A stretch of DNA of 63,888 nucleotides, the filler included, from Octopus bimaculoides (lineage: Eukaryota), in assembly GCF_001194135.2 (NCBI RefSeq). It is 6 parts of 6 records of this genome, joined end to end, with 100 filler letters (N's around TTAATTAATTAA, not from the genome) between each part and the next. Parts side by side here need not be neighbours in the genome. Positions count along the whole stretch, not along the records: positions 1 to 24,107 come from NC_068985.1; positions 24,208 to 44,025 come from NC_068981.1; 4 more parts are not named here. The stretch is one strand, 5' to 3'. Position 1 is the stretch's first letter. The number at the start of each line of letters is the position of its first letter. This document shows, in pieces, positions 12,289-25,445 of the stretch. The translations under genes and the position numbers were made by a program. The notes below the pieces were generated by a model. It saw only the letters and a program-made list of their open reading frames with translations. It searched no databases and was not told where the DNA came from.

Positions 12289-13040
12289 NNNNNNNNNNNN
12301 NNNNNNNNNNNNNNNNNNNNNNNNNNNNNNNNNNNNNNNNNNNNNNNNNNNNNNNNNNNNNNNNNNNNNNNNNNNNNNNNNNNNNNNNNNNNNNNNNNNN
12401 NNNNNNNNNNNNNNNNNNNNNNNNNNNNNNNNNNNNNNNNNNNNNNNNNNNNNNNNNNNNNNNNNNNNNNNNNNNNNNNNNNNNNNNNNNNNNNNNNNNN
12501 NNNNNNNNNNNNNNNNNNNNNNNNNNNNNNNNNNNNNNNNNNNNNNNNNNNNNNNNNNNNNNNNNNNNNNNNNNNNNNNNNNNNNNNNNNNNNNNNNNNN
12601 NNNNNNNNNNNNNNNNNNNNNNNNNNNNNNNNNNNNNNNNNNNNNNNNNNNNNNNNNNNNNNNNNNNNNNNNNNNNNNNNNNNNNNNNNNNNNNNNNNNN
12701 NNNNNNNNNNNNNNNNNNNNNNNNNNNNNNNNNNNNNNNNNNNNNNNNNNNNNNNNNNNNNNNNNNNNNNNNNNNNNNNNNNNNNNNNNNNNNNNNNNNN
12801 NNNNNNNNNNNNNNNNNNNNNNNNNNNNNNNNNNNNNNNNNNNNNNNNNNNNNNNNNNNNNNNNNNNNNNNNNNNNNNNNNNNNNNNNNNNNNNNNNNNN
12901 NNNNNNNNNNNNNNNNNNNNNNNNNNNNNNNNNNNNNNNNNNNNNNNNNNNNNNNNNNNNNNNNNNNNNNNNNNNNNNNNNAATACAGAATAGCTGATAT
13001 TTAGCAAGGTGAGACACACATAAGAAGGAAGGAAACAAAG

Positions 13041-13084
13041 GACCACTGATGAGGTCACAGAAGTGTGACGAAAGAACTCTGGCC
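13041..13084 (+). ncRNA. Minimal type I hammerhead ribozyme motif, inside a ~160-bp repeat (13003-13165)
   Basis: GACCA-CTGATGA-G-GTCACA-gaag-TGTGAC-GAAA-GAACTC-TGGCC: core, 6-bp stem II, stem I CCA/TGG, predicted cleavage after C13079. Homologous copy at 55274-55315. Confidence 0.65.
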
Positions 13085-13192
13085 GAAATAAGATTAAGAT
13101 TAATGAAATATAAAGCTGAAGCAAATTAACACCAAATATACAGTGCATGTGTTTTTATTGGCTAAACTGGCAATATGACCATCCCCAAGTAC

Positions 13193-13237
<45 letters not shown>

Positions 13238-13888
13238 ATAGTGACGCATTTTACAAATTTTCTAACGATAATCAGCCTTCTTTATCAATCACGCTAAAAC
13301 TCTCGCTTTAGCACAGCTATCTCTTTCCAAACCTTTGAACAGTATGAAATCCAGTCGTAAGTAACTTTAAAACTCCGCGACATGTACTGAGTGTTATGTT
13401 TCTTGGTTTGAAAACTTCTAGAACCACTCAACATGCTGTTAAGTCATATGCATAGAGAAATGAGAAATAGTTGTAGATAGAAGAATATCCAGAGGCTATC
13501 AAACAAACTTTTCGTAACATATGCTAAACAAATACTGTCATTTCAAAATGACTCCCGAACAGTTAATGACAGTTTTGGTTTCGTTCAAAATCACGTGAAC
13601 TTGCATATTAGTGTTCGTATATGTTACAGGATATTTGCCTGATAGCCAAAGATGGTAACTGTGTAATAAATGTGATACAAATATCTTCATTCATTCATTG
13701 GAAAGATGTTGGTATCATATTTATTATCCAGTACGATGTTTCTCAAAATTAGCGGGATTGATAAATAATCTTACATGCATCTGTGTATGTATGTATGTAT
13801 GTATGTATGTATGTATGTATGTATGTATGTATGTACGTGTGTATGTATGTATCTGTCTTTCGGTCTGTCTGCCTGCGTGTCTGTCTGC

Positions 13889-13920
<32 letters not shown>

Positions 13921-14699
13921 ATCTCTCTATCTCTCTATCTATCTGTCTTTCTATCTACATAAAATACGGATAGAGAACATCATATCATTAATTGTCGAAT
14001 TCACATTACAATGCTGATGATCGTTTCTGTTGTATGAACATATTTAGATACAGAAAATATTCAAATTAACATATTGGAAAATACATGATAATACAATATT
14101 TACAACACGATTCAAACTTAGATGAATTAAAAATTATAAATGATTTGTGCATCTACTTTGTGGATACATGAAGAATTACATTGGATGTTTATTCTACTTG
14201 CGTTTATTTGTATCTTATTGTTTCATATAGTTAACCAAATTCATGTAAAATTGAGTGCTTTAGTAATGCAAACCTGGATTTTTAAATACCTTTTTTATCA
14301 TATATATATATATANNNNNNNNNNNNNNNNNNNNNNNNNNNNNNNNNNNNNNNNNNNNNNNNNNNNNNNNNNNNNNNNNNNNNNNNNNNNNNNNNNNNNN
14401 NNNNNNNNNNNNNNNNNNNNNNNNNNNNNNNNNNNNNNNNNNNNNNNNNNNNNNNNNNNNNNNTATATATATGTATATATATATAAATTAATTTTTTGTA
14501 ATGAGATAAAAAAACCATGGCTGTGTGCCTTATAGAACATTTATAAATAGGTCTATTTATAAATGTTCTATAATGCACACAGCCTTGTCTTTTTTTTTTT
14601 TATCTCATTACGGAAAATAAATCCTTATATGAATATGCTGATATACGACCTACGTTTGACCACTTATTCGCATAATCACCGAACCTGGAGCTTAACTAT

Positions 14700-15120
14700 G
14701 GCCTATCCATAACACTTACTCAGCATTACCTGAAACGCCATGCGATAAGAGAATTCCTCCAAGACGCGTATCAGCTTGGCCTGCGCGATCTCCAGACATC
14801 ACTGTATGTGATTGTTTCTTGTGGGGATATGTAAAAGATAACGTTTATATTCCACCACTAACCACAACCTCGATTACCTTAAGCATCGAATAACAACAGC
14901 TATCAACTCAGTGGATCGGGATATTCTGATACGCGTCCGGGTAGAATTCTGATATAGCATTGATGTTGCCTGTGCTACAGGTGGGGATATTGAACACTTG
15001 TAATACCGAAAATAAAAGTCAATTGTGAGTGATTCTTGTGACTTACCTGGAGTTTTCTATTGCCTTTCATTAATAAAATATTGCGTAATGAAATTGGTTC
15101 ATTCTTTTTGAATAACCCTG
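14700..15120 (+). mobile_element. Tc1/mariner transposon 3' part with right TIR
   Basis: WPARSPDITVCDCFLWGYVKDNVYIPP...LKHRITTAINSVDRDILIRV...DIEHL*; ends ..TTTTTGAATAACCCTG followed by TA. Confidence 0.85.
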
Positions 15121-15309
15121 TATACATACATACATGCATGCATACATACATACATACATACATACATACATACATACACATGCATACATACACATACATA
15201 CATACGTACATACATACATACAAACACACACACACACAAACACACATACATACACACACACACACACATATATATATAGGGTCATATATCTATACAGCTC
15301 GGAGCTAGT

Positions 15310-15465
15310 GAGTGGAATTATTAGACTGAAACTGAAAGAAAACCGTCGTACACACACGCACACTACATATACATTTATACATTTGTGTGTCTGTGCCTGC
15401 GCCCCCCCGACCAGAACTTGACAACCGATACTGGTGTGTTTACGTCTCCGTAACATAGCTGTTGT
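15310..15465 (+). mobile_element. SINE-B central fragment (old)
   Basis: GAAACTGAAAGAA..CCGTCGTA, short (TG/TA) tract, TTGACAACCGATACTGGTGTGTTTACGTC. Confidence 0.75.
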
Positions 15466-15871
15466 TCAGAGGATTGATTTTTTTTGACTTGTTCATTCAA
15501 CTGTGTCAGCCTTAACTTACGACGCCAAACATTATTCCTCTATGCTAACACGGACGTAGCGGAGAACCTACATAGGTTTCTAAGACAAGTCATGTGACTA
15601 CCCTCTACCAATAAAATCCTATTCAAAACATATACTAATTTGAGACATGAACTCCATTTAAAAACAGGGCAAACTTCAAACTTTAGTCAGAAGCAAGACG
15701 GCTGCGATATAAGCTACGTCTTTCTGTTTGAACCTTTTTAAAGTCAGTGGAAACTGTGAAACCAGTTAAAGCTTCAAATATTTTAATAAAAAATATTTTA
15801 ACTATTCTCGGTGCATTTTCAACTTCTATTTTCCATATATTGCTACCCGTGTGGAATAAAATCTCTTTGTT

Positions 15872-15872
15872 T

Positions 15873-15904
<32 letters not shown>

Positions 15905-16221
15905 TCTCTCTGTCTCTGTGTGTGTGTGTGTCTCTCTCTCTCTCTGTGTCTCTCTCTCTCTGTGTCTCTGTCTCTCTGTGTGTCTCTCTCTCTGTGTCTC
16001 TGTGTGTGTGTGTGTGTGTCTCTGTGTGTGTGTGTGTGTGTGTGTGTGTCTCTCTCTCTCTCTCTGTGTCTCTCTCTCTCTCTCTCTGTGTCTCTCTCTC
16101 TCTCTGTGTCTCTCTCTCAGTGTCTCTCTCTCTCAGTGTCTCTCTCTCAGTGTCTCTCTCTCTCAGTGTCTCTCTGTCTCTCTCTCTCTGTCTCTGTCTG
16201 TCTGTATGTCTGTCTGTCTGT

Positions 16222-16281
<60 letters not shown>

Positions 16282-16282
16282 G
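15872..16282. repeat. Compound (CT)n/(GT)n/(CTGT)n/(TA)n microsatellite
   Basis: Read directly; ends in a gap. Confidence 0.95.
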
Positions 16283-16739
16283 NNNNNNNNNNNNNNNNNN
16301 NNNNNNNNNNNNNNNNNNNNNNNNNNNNNNNNNNNNNNNNNNNNNNNNNNNNNNNNNNNNNNNNNNNNNNNNNNNNNNNNNACAAAAAATAACAACAGAC
16401 GAGGACAGGTGGTGTAAATAACAAAAGTATATATTAGTATGACGCTCGGGAATATATATATACATATATACATATATAAATTGATGTGTGTATTTTTTCC
16501 TTCTCTTCTACAGGTTACCTTTGACGTTATATCTTCTAACGGTTTAAAAAAAAAAAAAACATAATAGCGTTCCGTTCATCATTATACACATCCATCACAT
16601 TCTTTTAAAATTTCTTATTGATGAGTTTGGTTTCTTTCTTTCCCCGATGAGAAGATTACATTGTTTTACACTATTTTATTTCTTTGGAATAATACCAATG
16701 TTGTCTTAAAAACATATTTCGATTCCCGACGTCTTATTG

Positions 16740-16962
16740 TGTCCTTGCGCAAGAGGCCTTATTTCCAGTTAGTCACTGAGCTGGAAAAATGAGTTTTACC
16801 TGTAATTTAAAGGGCCACTCTTGTTACAATAAATCTCGCTGAAAAACTACGTTAAGTATACGCGTGTCTGTGGAGTGATGAGCGCGTTCATTACACGAAC
16901 AGGCTGTTCCGTTGGTAGGATCGAGTGGAACACTCCTCGTCGTAACCAACGGAATGCCAATT
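16740..16962 (+). mobile_element. SINE-D-like fragment (old)
   Basis: AACTACGTTAAG..CGTGTCTGTGGAGTG..CAGGCTGTTCCGTTG..CGTCGTAAC tail shared with 46643-46887 and 47000-47312. Confidence 0.75.
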
Positions 16963-19401
16963 ACATATATATGTACATATATATGTTTGTGTACATATAC
17001 ACACATATACATATGTAACAAACATATAGGCAAGAAATCAAAATCCAAGGAGACAACTGCATTGCCAAAATTGTATACTTTTGTAAAATGTAGATTCTAT
17101 TATTTTCGTATGCCATTAAGCTGGGAGATTAGCGAATTTTCGGACGCTCCTAAAGTGTTGGTGGTTCTACGAATGTACTGAAAAATGACAGGAAATGTCA
17201 GAACGCTAGTAAGTCTAAATAGTAAGTAATTGGAGAGCGAAAAACTGGGATACAGAGAAAGGAAGCGAATTCAGTATGGGTGTAGGAGAGGTGGAGAAGG
17301 AATAAGCTTTATACGTGAGAAAAATTTGAAGGAGAAGTGGTGAGTTCAAGGCATGACCGTATTAATTAATAGAAAAAGCGATTGGGAATAGTGTCATTCA
17401 CATATATCTCAGCTTTATTAATCCTTAATTTCAAAGAACCAAGGGTTTACAATATGATCTAAATACATCAGATGACAGTTGCTGACATTTGTTCATAATA
17501 GAGGTAGGTCAGTTTACAGTGAAGTTAAGTTTCTTCCTTGAACTAAACCTGTGACGTATTTCCTTAGTAGATTACTAAAAGTGTAGCAATTTACGGAAGA
17601 AGTTTTTTTTACCGAAACCTTATTGTTTAAATTTTAGTAAAGATTTTTTTATATTATATATCTCTTTCATTTGACAATAAGACACAATTTGGAGGAATTA
17701 CAGGATTTATATTTCAAGCATCTGCAGCTAAATTCTCTCATCTCAGACAGTATTATATTTCATAGAACAATTCTGAAAGCTGAAGCCTTGAAAGATAAAA
17801 TCTATTATTTTTAATAGCAGATTTATGTCGGCTATGAGCTTTTGTTTGCTGCCGTAAGAAGTTTGAATTTTTGTGCTAGTTGGTAACGTCACATTTTGCC
17901 GCTGTTTCTTTTCAGTATACGAGAATAGAATAAGATTGGTTGCTCAGCTTGCTTTAGAAAAGAATTTACTGACATACACGCATCTATTTCAAACGAAAGC
18001 AACAGATACTGTTGCTGTATCAATGCCTTTCTCTTTTATAATTGTATCATCCAATTCTGCAGATAATGGAAAAATGACTCAAACATACCTGCTACAATTT
18101 GAACAAAACATCGTTTTCAATAATATAATATGAACCCAATAAAATACTAATTTTTTTTGGAATTTCTAGACACAAGAAACTCCAGTACTGTCTGCAGACT
18201 GTAAATGTGCATTTTACCTTCAACATGTGACCTGCAACAAACTCGAGTTCAGTATGCAGCATATCTCTCGGGGATGTTTGAGAAAAACGTGCAAATGTTT
18301 ATGCTTCTGTTTGACTTCTTCACATATCACCAGATCATCAAAATAGTTAGATATCTCTTTAAAGTTTTTTCTCACTACACTACTAAATTCGAGTAATATA
18401 TTAAAATTTTATGATGATTATGCAATAATATTTATATATGCGGTCGAAAATCTTTCCATTATATCACTCGCTTTAATTAAGTCAGATAAAATATAGACAT
18501 TTTGGTTACCATTAATTGCACGAGGAAAGCTTAAAATCTGATCAATAGACTTAAGTTCGGGTGAGTTTTAGTCTAACACTTAGTCAAGTGGACCACGTTG
18601 GTGATCTGTGAATAACCTAACAATTTATAGGAATATATTTATTAAAATACAGAATGTAATACGCTAAATAAAGTATTGAAAAAAATTACTCATTTTAAAT
18701 TAAAGAGAAATTCAACATTTAATAGGCGTCTTTTATATACAAATTTACACCTTTTGATTATGTGCTTTAGATTTGCCTGAAACCTCTTTATAACAAAGCA
18801 TATATATGAAAGTAAGACGACCATTTTTACACAATAAAATGTTTCACAATTGAAATTGTCAGGTTTTCGAAACACAAATTTGAGATTTCACTCAACCTGT
18901 TGAAAATAGCAGCGAAACTTTCACACACTGCAGCACTCAAATCAAGGCGATATTGAGCTGTATAAACACGAGGGTTTCCTATCTGTCATGTACCGAAAGG
19001 ACTTGACATGATTTAGTAAGTGACGGCACTTAGTTTTCTTCTTTTTAAATGTATGTCAGAAGGTTCTGTCATTTTTAACGCAAAATGTGTAGCAAATTAG
19101 TATCTATATTCGAACGAAATATTTTCACAGTGTTTCCTCTGTGTGCGTGCATATACATATATGTAGATAGGACCTTTTAAACGTTGGATGTCGAAGTACA
19201 TTACAGAACTGGCCACACCAATACATAAAGTCTTATTCATTCACTGGGCATCTATTTTCAGTGGCAGGAATTTTAGCGGCATTTAATTCTTTTGCTTTTG
19301 AATGCTGTGTAATGTCAGCTTCATCCCCCTTTTTAGTAATGTCTGATCACTGCGTCCCTTGGAATAAATGACTGCTACATCTACCACAATTACTAGAAAT
19401 A

Positions 19402-20583
19402 CGAGGGATGTTCATTACAGGTTTCCCTTGACCCACTTCCAGCTATTACAGGAAATGGAAATTGTATGGGTATAATCATATATGTCTCTACGTGTCATAT
19501 TTTAAATTGTAGCTTTCCATTAGTATTATTTGTTTGTCATTTACAGCTGCTAAAGTGCAATAAGGTGTTATAATGGAGGCAGTTGAATGCAGCTCAATGA
19601 CCAGGTTCTTGTACTTAAAAGTAATATACCAAAAGAGACTTTCGCCAGTTGAAATGTGGTCGGAATATCGGTGGAAACTGCTCCTATTCCTAGAAGACAA
19701 CATTCTGTCATTGATGATGACGCCATCCATAATGGAGGGTCGCCATATAACTATTCGCAAACTAGTCCAAGAAATGAAGATAAGTATAGGGTTCGTGGAA
19801 AAGTCATTCACGACCATTTGCACAAGTGGAAGTTGTCTGAGCAATGGATTCCCCGGATGTCACTCATTTTCATGCTCTCAGGCTTTTTTGGCAATGCGCC
19901 AAGAAAATGGGGGGGGGGTCGGTAGACTTATCACACAAGATGAAACATTGGTCATCCCTATGATCCTGAGACTAAAGTCCACTCATAGCAATGGAAGCAT
20001 GATAACTCACCACCTCCAAAGAAGGCTCGCGTCTAACCCTCAGAAGTCAAGGTGATGCTCACAGTAGTTTGAGACCAGTGCTGTGTAGTGATAATAGATT
20101 TTCTGTCAAAGGATTTTCATCACAATTAACGGGGCATATTATGTTTCTCTGCTGTAGAAATAGCGGGATGCCATCAAAGCAGAGAGTTGTGGCATGCTGA
20201 CAAAATGAGTCCGCTTCCTCCAAGACTACACCCCAGTTCTCAATGCGTATGTTGCCCAGCTGAAAGCACACTTCTGCGGTCATGAAATCCTTCCTCATTC
20301 CCCTTACTCTCCCAACCTCGCATCATCTGACTTTCACCTCTTTCCAGCCAAGAAGGAGAATCACTTTTCGGATGATAATGAACTTATTTCCGATGTAAAG
20401 TCGTGGCTCCAGACGCAACATGCCAACTTTTACTGTCGAGGTCTTCACAGCTGCATAAAGCGATGGAAGAACTGTGTCACCATTGGTGGTGGCTATATAG
20501 TGACGGACTAATAATTATGCCAATTTCGTTTATCGCAGTCCTAGGGAAGTGGGTCAGGGGAAATCTTTAATGAACACCCCTCG
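19402..20583 (+). mobile_element. Near full-length degenerate mariner (DD34D) transposon
   Basis: 39-bp TIRs (19402-19440 / 20545-20583, 35/39 match), TA left and CA right. Motifs WIPRM, LITQDET, YDPETK, LQD, LPHSPYSPNLASSDFHLF, KRWKNCV; many stops and frameshifts. Confidence 0.93.
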
Positions 20584-22030
20584 CAAATCCAATTTACTGT
20601 CCTCATCTGTCTTATAAGATGGTAATAATTTCATTATGAGGAAATTGAAGCTTTATACTTTAACAGGGGGGATAAGTTGTTTACTATTGATACAATGTTG
20701 ATTATGGTATCTTCTAAGGTATGCGAAAATGTAATCCCGAAATTTAAGAAGTAAATATTCAACAAAACCTGCGTTTATCAATTAAGGAGTAGTGGGCAAA
20801 CGAATTAGGTTACCCAACTTTTCTGATGAATAACCATGCATAACCATGAGATTGCTGTGATCGCACATAATTCTACTGTTAGCAATTGATATAGTCAGAA
20901 ATTACTAAACTATCATGTACGGTAAGACAGTAATGCATCTTCATAGAAATGATTCCTAGCAGGTTTTCTCAAAATTCACTCTCAAACTTACAGGGGTAGC
21001 AGAAATAGAGATAGACACACGTGGACGTGTATAACAGTGTGGTAACGCTTTAGCACAAATACAAGATGTGCAAAGTGTGCTACTAACGCGTAGATCCTCG
21101 TTTCCATACCCGCACAAAGAACGCACACAAATACCATTGAAGAAATATGAGGAAGATAAAGAGAAGCATTTTGAAAAGCGTATTGTAACTGATAAATCAT
21201 GTTTACTTGCACTGAAGTTTGTAAATTAGTGTTATCTTTGTTTCTCTTCTTTACGGCTTCTTGAAAGGAAACAGCTGTCTCTCCGTCTGAAAATTTTCAT
21301 GAACACACGCACGCACACACATGCGCGCGCGGACAAACATACGAAATATATATACATACACATGTGTATATAATATATNNNNNNNNNNNNNNNNNNNNNN
21401 NNNNNNNNNNNNNNNNNNNNNNNNNNNNNNNNNNNNNNNNNNNNNNNNNNNNNNNNNNNNNNNNNNNNNNNNNNNNNNNNNNNNNNNNNNNNNNNNNNNN
21501 NNNNNNNNNNNNNNNNNNNNNNNNNNNNNNNNNNNNNNNNNNNNNNNNNNNNNNNNNNNNNNNNNNNNNNNNNNNNNNNNNNNNNNNNNNNNNNNNNNNN
21601 NNNNNNNNNNNNNNNNNNNNNNNNNNNNNNNNNNNNNNNNNNNNNNNNNNNNNNNNNNNNNNNNNNNNNNNNNNNNNNNNNNNNNNNNNNNNNNNNNNNN
21701 NNNNNNNNNNNNNNNNNNNNNNNNNNNNNNNNNNNNNNNNNNNNNNNNNNNNNNNNNNNNNNNNNNNNNNNNNNNNNNNNNNNNNNNNNNNNNNNNNNNN
21801 NNNNNNNNNNNNNNNNNNNNNNNNNNNNNNNNNNNNNNNNNNNNNNNNNNNNNNNNNNNNNNNNNNNNNNNNNNNNNNNNNNNNNNNNNNNNNNNNNNNN
21901 NNNNNNNNNNNNNNNNNNNNNNNNNNNNNNNNNNNNNNNNNNNNNNNNNNNNNNNNNNNNNNNNNNNNNNNNNNNNNNNNNNNNNNNNNNNNNNNTATAT
22001 ATATATATCGATCTCAGTAGTTATCTAATT

Positions 22031-22320
22031 AAGCCTGTACATATTTCATCAGTTACTTTTGCCGAGCCGCTACGTTACGAGGACGTAAACACACAAACTC
22101 CCGTTGTCAAGGGGGGGGGGATATACAGTGACATAAAGACACACACACATACATGGACACACACACCTATATATATATATGCATATACGACAAGATTTTC
22201 TTTTCAGTTTGAGTCTACCAAATCCATTCACAAGGCTTTGATCTTCCCCAGGCTATAGTAGAAAAGACTTGTTCAAGGTGTGGTTGGGAAGCAAATTTCT
22301 TACCACACAACCATGCCTGT
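22031..22320 (-). mobile_element. SINE-B, old and internally shortened
   Basis: Reverse complement has head TGGTTGTGTGGTAAGAAATTTGCTTCCC, AAAGCCTTGTGAATGGATTTGGTAGAC, short TA/TG tract, GTTTACGTCCTCGTAAC. Confidence 0.8.
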
Positions 22321-23839
22321 GCTTATATATGCATACGTGTATATATAGAGAAGAAACATACCGATTTAGAATTTTAGTTAAAATTATATTCCTTCATTAA
22401 TTAAAATATCACGAAACCTTTCCACGATCTTCCGAAGAGCCATCTATATTATCGAAAGAATAAAATCATGGCTACAAAATATTTGATTCATAATGATTTG
22501 ATCTGCAATTATCTATATAACTTCATATGATTATGGTTTCTTTGATCTTTGAGCCAATATATATATATAATCCTTTAAGGGGTTGCAATCGAGATGCGTC
22601 TCATATTTGTGTCCCCGGTATATACTCCTTCTATTAGCTTTGGTAGATCCCCAGTTCCTTCTTTTGTATTCCTGGTTCTAACATCTATGCAATTGTGTGG
22701 TATTTTTCTATTGGGGAGCGAATGTGATATGGTCTGTCGTTCAGAGTAGGTTTTACTAGTAGTGCTAGCAAAACCTACTCTGCGTACAACAGCAGTGGGT
22801 GCGTAATGTTTCTTTAAATCATTTTGTAGCTAGTGTTTACGCCAACAGCTGTTTTGACCCCGTATGAGAAGCTTGGTGTGAAGACCTACCAAATGTTCTA
22901 AAAACTCTTTCATAATCTAGAATTCAGTAATGAAATCTACGCGAAAAATTAAGTATGTGTCATACGTTTGTAGTAGAGAGCTTCTGACAGAGCTGCCTAA
23001 CAACAGCTTTGGAGACTTCATTGTGCTTGTTAGCAATAGGGAACAATCACTGATTGATTTCTCAACAGGTAACTCTCATAACACGTTCTACGCATTTCAG
23101 CATGAAGGAAGTTTGGACAATGTAGGATACCCACTTGTTTAGTCAGCATCAGCATTACTGTTGTTTTCCACGCTGAAGTTTTTACGAGAATGCATCCCTG
23201 GTATTCATCCTCTGTAAGTAACCTGTCACGTACGCTTCGTATTTTGTGTAGCCAAATGATATCAACGCTATACATACACGCATCGTATATAAGTTATGAT
23301 AACGTGCTCACAATAAAAAGAAATTTACGCGTGATAAATATGGCCGCAACATTCTTCTCTGCATCATGTCTGGACTGTTCTCCAGCATTTAAGAATATCC
23401 TGTTACATATATTTAAAACCAGTAATATCTCAGACAGTGAGAATGTGGTGTTACTTCATTGGGTAGTCATCTTGTTTATTTTCTGATACTATTCTGAGTG
23501 AGAAACTCCTTCAGCAGCTCTTTTCATTGGGCCTGGTTCCTTAGCCATTTATGTCCATAACCCTATCTGCATGATCACAGCTCTCTTCCTGTTTGGTTAC
23601 TGTCGCAGAGCATTTAAATTGCACAACCCCCTCTCCTTACTCTGAAACATATGCAGATGCTACTGTTCTTATCAAAACAGATCTACGAGTTGTACTAGTT
23701 AAAATATACTTCCTTTCCTTTTAATAACTTGTGTCTCCCAATCTTAGTAATTAGCAGCGAGTGCAGTTTACAACAAGGATACATCTACGCTCATCCACGC
23801 ATACACATTAATATATACTTGTGTGTATATATATATATA

Positions 23840-23860
23840 TCTATATATATAAAAATGAGA

Positions 23861-23926
<66 letters not shown>

Positions 23927-24107
23927 GTGAATCCCTAAAACTCGAGAACTACGCAACCAATTTCATTCAAATTTTACACATGCCTTACTTAGGGTTCCAG
24001 TTGTGTTTTAGTCAAAAAATTTTTTAAACTTCTTGCAGAGTTCGAGCACACGGCAACATAATATCTCCTCCACTATTTAAGTATTACGTGTCAAAAGTGA
24101 AACAAAA
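23840..24107 (+). mobile_element. Non-autonomous Helitron-like element, 5' end (runs into spacer gap)
   Basis: A|TCTATATATATAAAAATGAGAATG-(TG)n(TCTG)n- start is typical of Helitron-derived DINE/HINE-like elements; 3' hairpin-CTAG not visible. Confidence 0.55.
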
Positions 24108-24151
24108 NNNNNNNNNNNNNNNNNNNNNNNNNNNNNNNNNNNNNNNNNNNN

Positions 24152-24163
24152 TTAATTAATTAA
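24152..24163. other. Assembly spacer TTAATTAATTAA between N runs (also 44070, 56377, 61251, 62799)
   Basis: Identical six-frame-stop 12-mer flanked by 44 N on each side, five times. Confidence 0.95.
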
Positions 24164-25211
24164 NNNNNNNNNNNNNNNNNNNNNNNNNNNNNNNNNNNNN
24201 NNNNNNNGTGGTGGTGGTGGTGGTGACGGCGGCGGCGGTTGTGGTGACAGATGTGAATGTGTTAACGACTGCTGTGGTGGCAGCGGAGTCAGAGAAAGTG
24301 AAGCTGTTAATGGTGATTATAGTTGTGGGTGGTGTTGGTCGTGGTAGGATGGTGTCGAAAGCAGCAATAATAACAGTTGTTGTGGTGGCTGTGGTGGTAG
24401 TAATGGCGGTATTGGTGACATGAAAAAGAGAATACATTTCGGCTTCATTTGATATAGTTAAACATAAACATTATTTGAAATAATTTGTTTTTGCTGGTCT
24501 ATAAAATGGATTTAAAGACAAATAAAGTCGTCTTAATAGGAGCGCCAGCCGGATGTGTAGTTCCGTTCATGCCCATACGCACTCTGTGACGTCACTTAGC
24601 GATTTTTTCGTCTCATAATGAAATGGAAGACAATAAAGAAGAATTCAATTAAATCTAAAATGAATTCACATATCTTTTTTATGGTTTTCTTATAGTAATA
24701 TAGATGAGAAAATAATAATTTTTAACTACATTTGGTGTGGTACCGTATATGGAAGTAAATACCATATATGGTAGTCACTACTATATAAGGAAGTCGATTA
24801 AAGTCGTAATTGTAAGGAGATTGTCCAGACTTAAAATAATCTGGAAGCATTTAAATATCAGTTTGGTTACCATGATTGTAGTTTTGACCTTTCGATTTGA
24901 TAGACATTTGTTGTGGAAGTAGTGCTACCAGAAATAAGTAATGCTTGGAGTAAGCTCTCTCTCTCTCTCTCAGAGCCGACTCTTTTGTTTCATGATAAAA
25001 AGTTTACATCATTTAATCATTAATATTCTTTAGAAAGGCATAAACATCACAAACTCTGGCTCCGTCTTTAAATGTGTTTTAATGGTTTAATTAGAAGAGA
25101 ATGAACAGTATCTCTGATGTTTGTCGTAACTCTGTGCTTGATAAAAGGAAAAAAGAAAGAATCCACAACGGGAACTGCTTTAAAGCGCAATAATTATACA
25201 CATTTGATGCA

Positions 25212-25445
25212 GTGAGCTGGCAGAATCTTTAAACATGATGAGCATGATGTTTCGCGGCAATTTGTCTGTCTTTCTGTTCTGAGTTCAAATTCCGCCTAGG
25301 TCGACTTTACCTCTAATTCTTTCGAGGTCGATAAAATGAGTACCAGTTACACACTGGCGTCGATTCGATGTAATTGTCTTGTTCCTCTCCTACCCTACCC
25401 CCCCAAAAAAAATTACTGGCCTTGTGCCAAAATCTGAAACCAACA
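25212..25445 (+). mobile_element. SINE-A, old diverged copy
   Basis: GAGCTGGCAGAATC head, GAGTTCAAATTCC, core, CCTTGTGCCAAAATCTGAAAC tail. Confidence 0.85.

Noticed and set aside
15514-15620. Strong GTAAGT donor with upstream acceptors on minus strand
   Set aside because: All frames contain stops; shows the high false-positive rate of splice signals here.
24108-24207. TTAATTAATTAA palindrome recurring five times
   Set aside because: Always centred in 44 N + 44 N: a six-frame-stop scaffolding linker, not biology.
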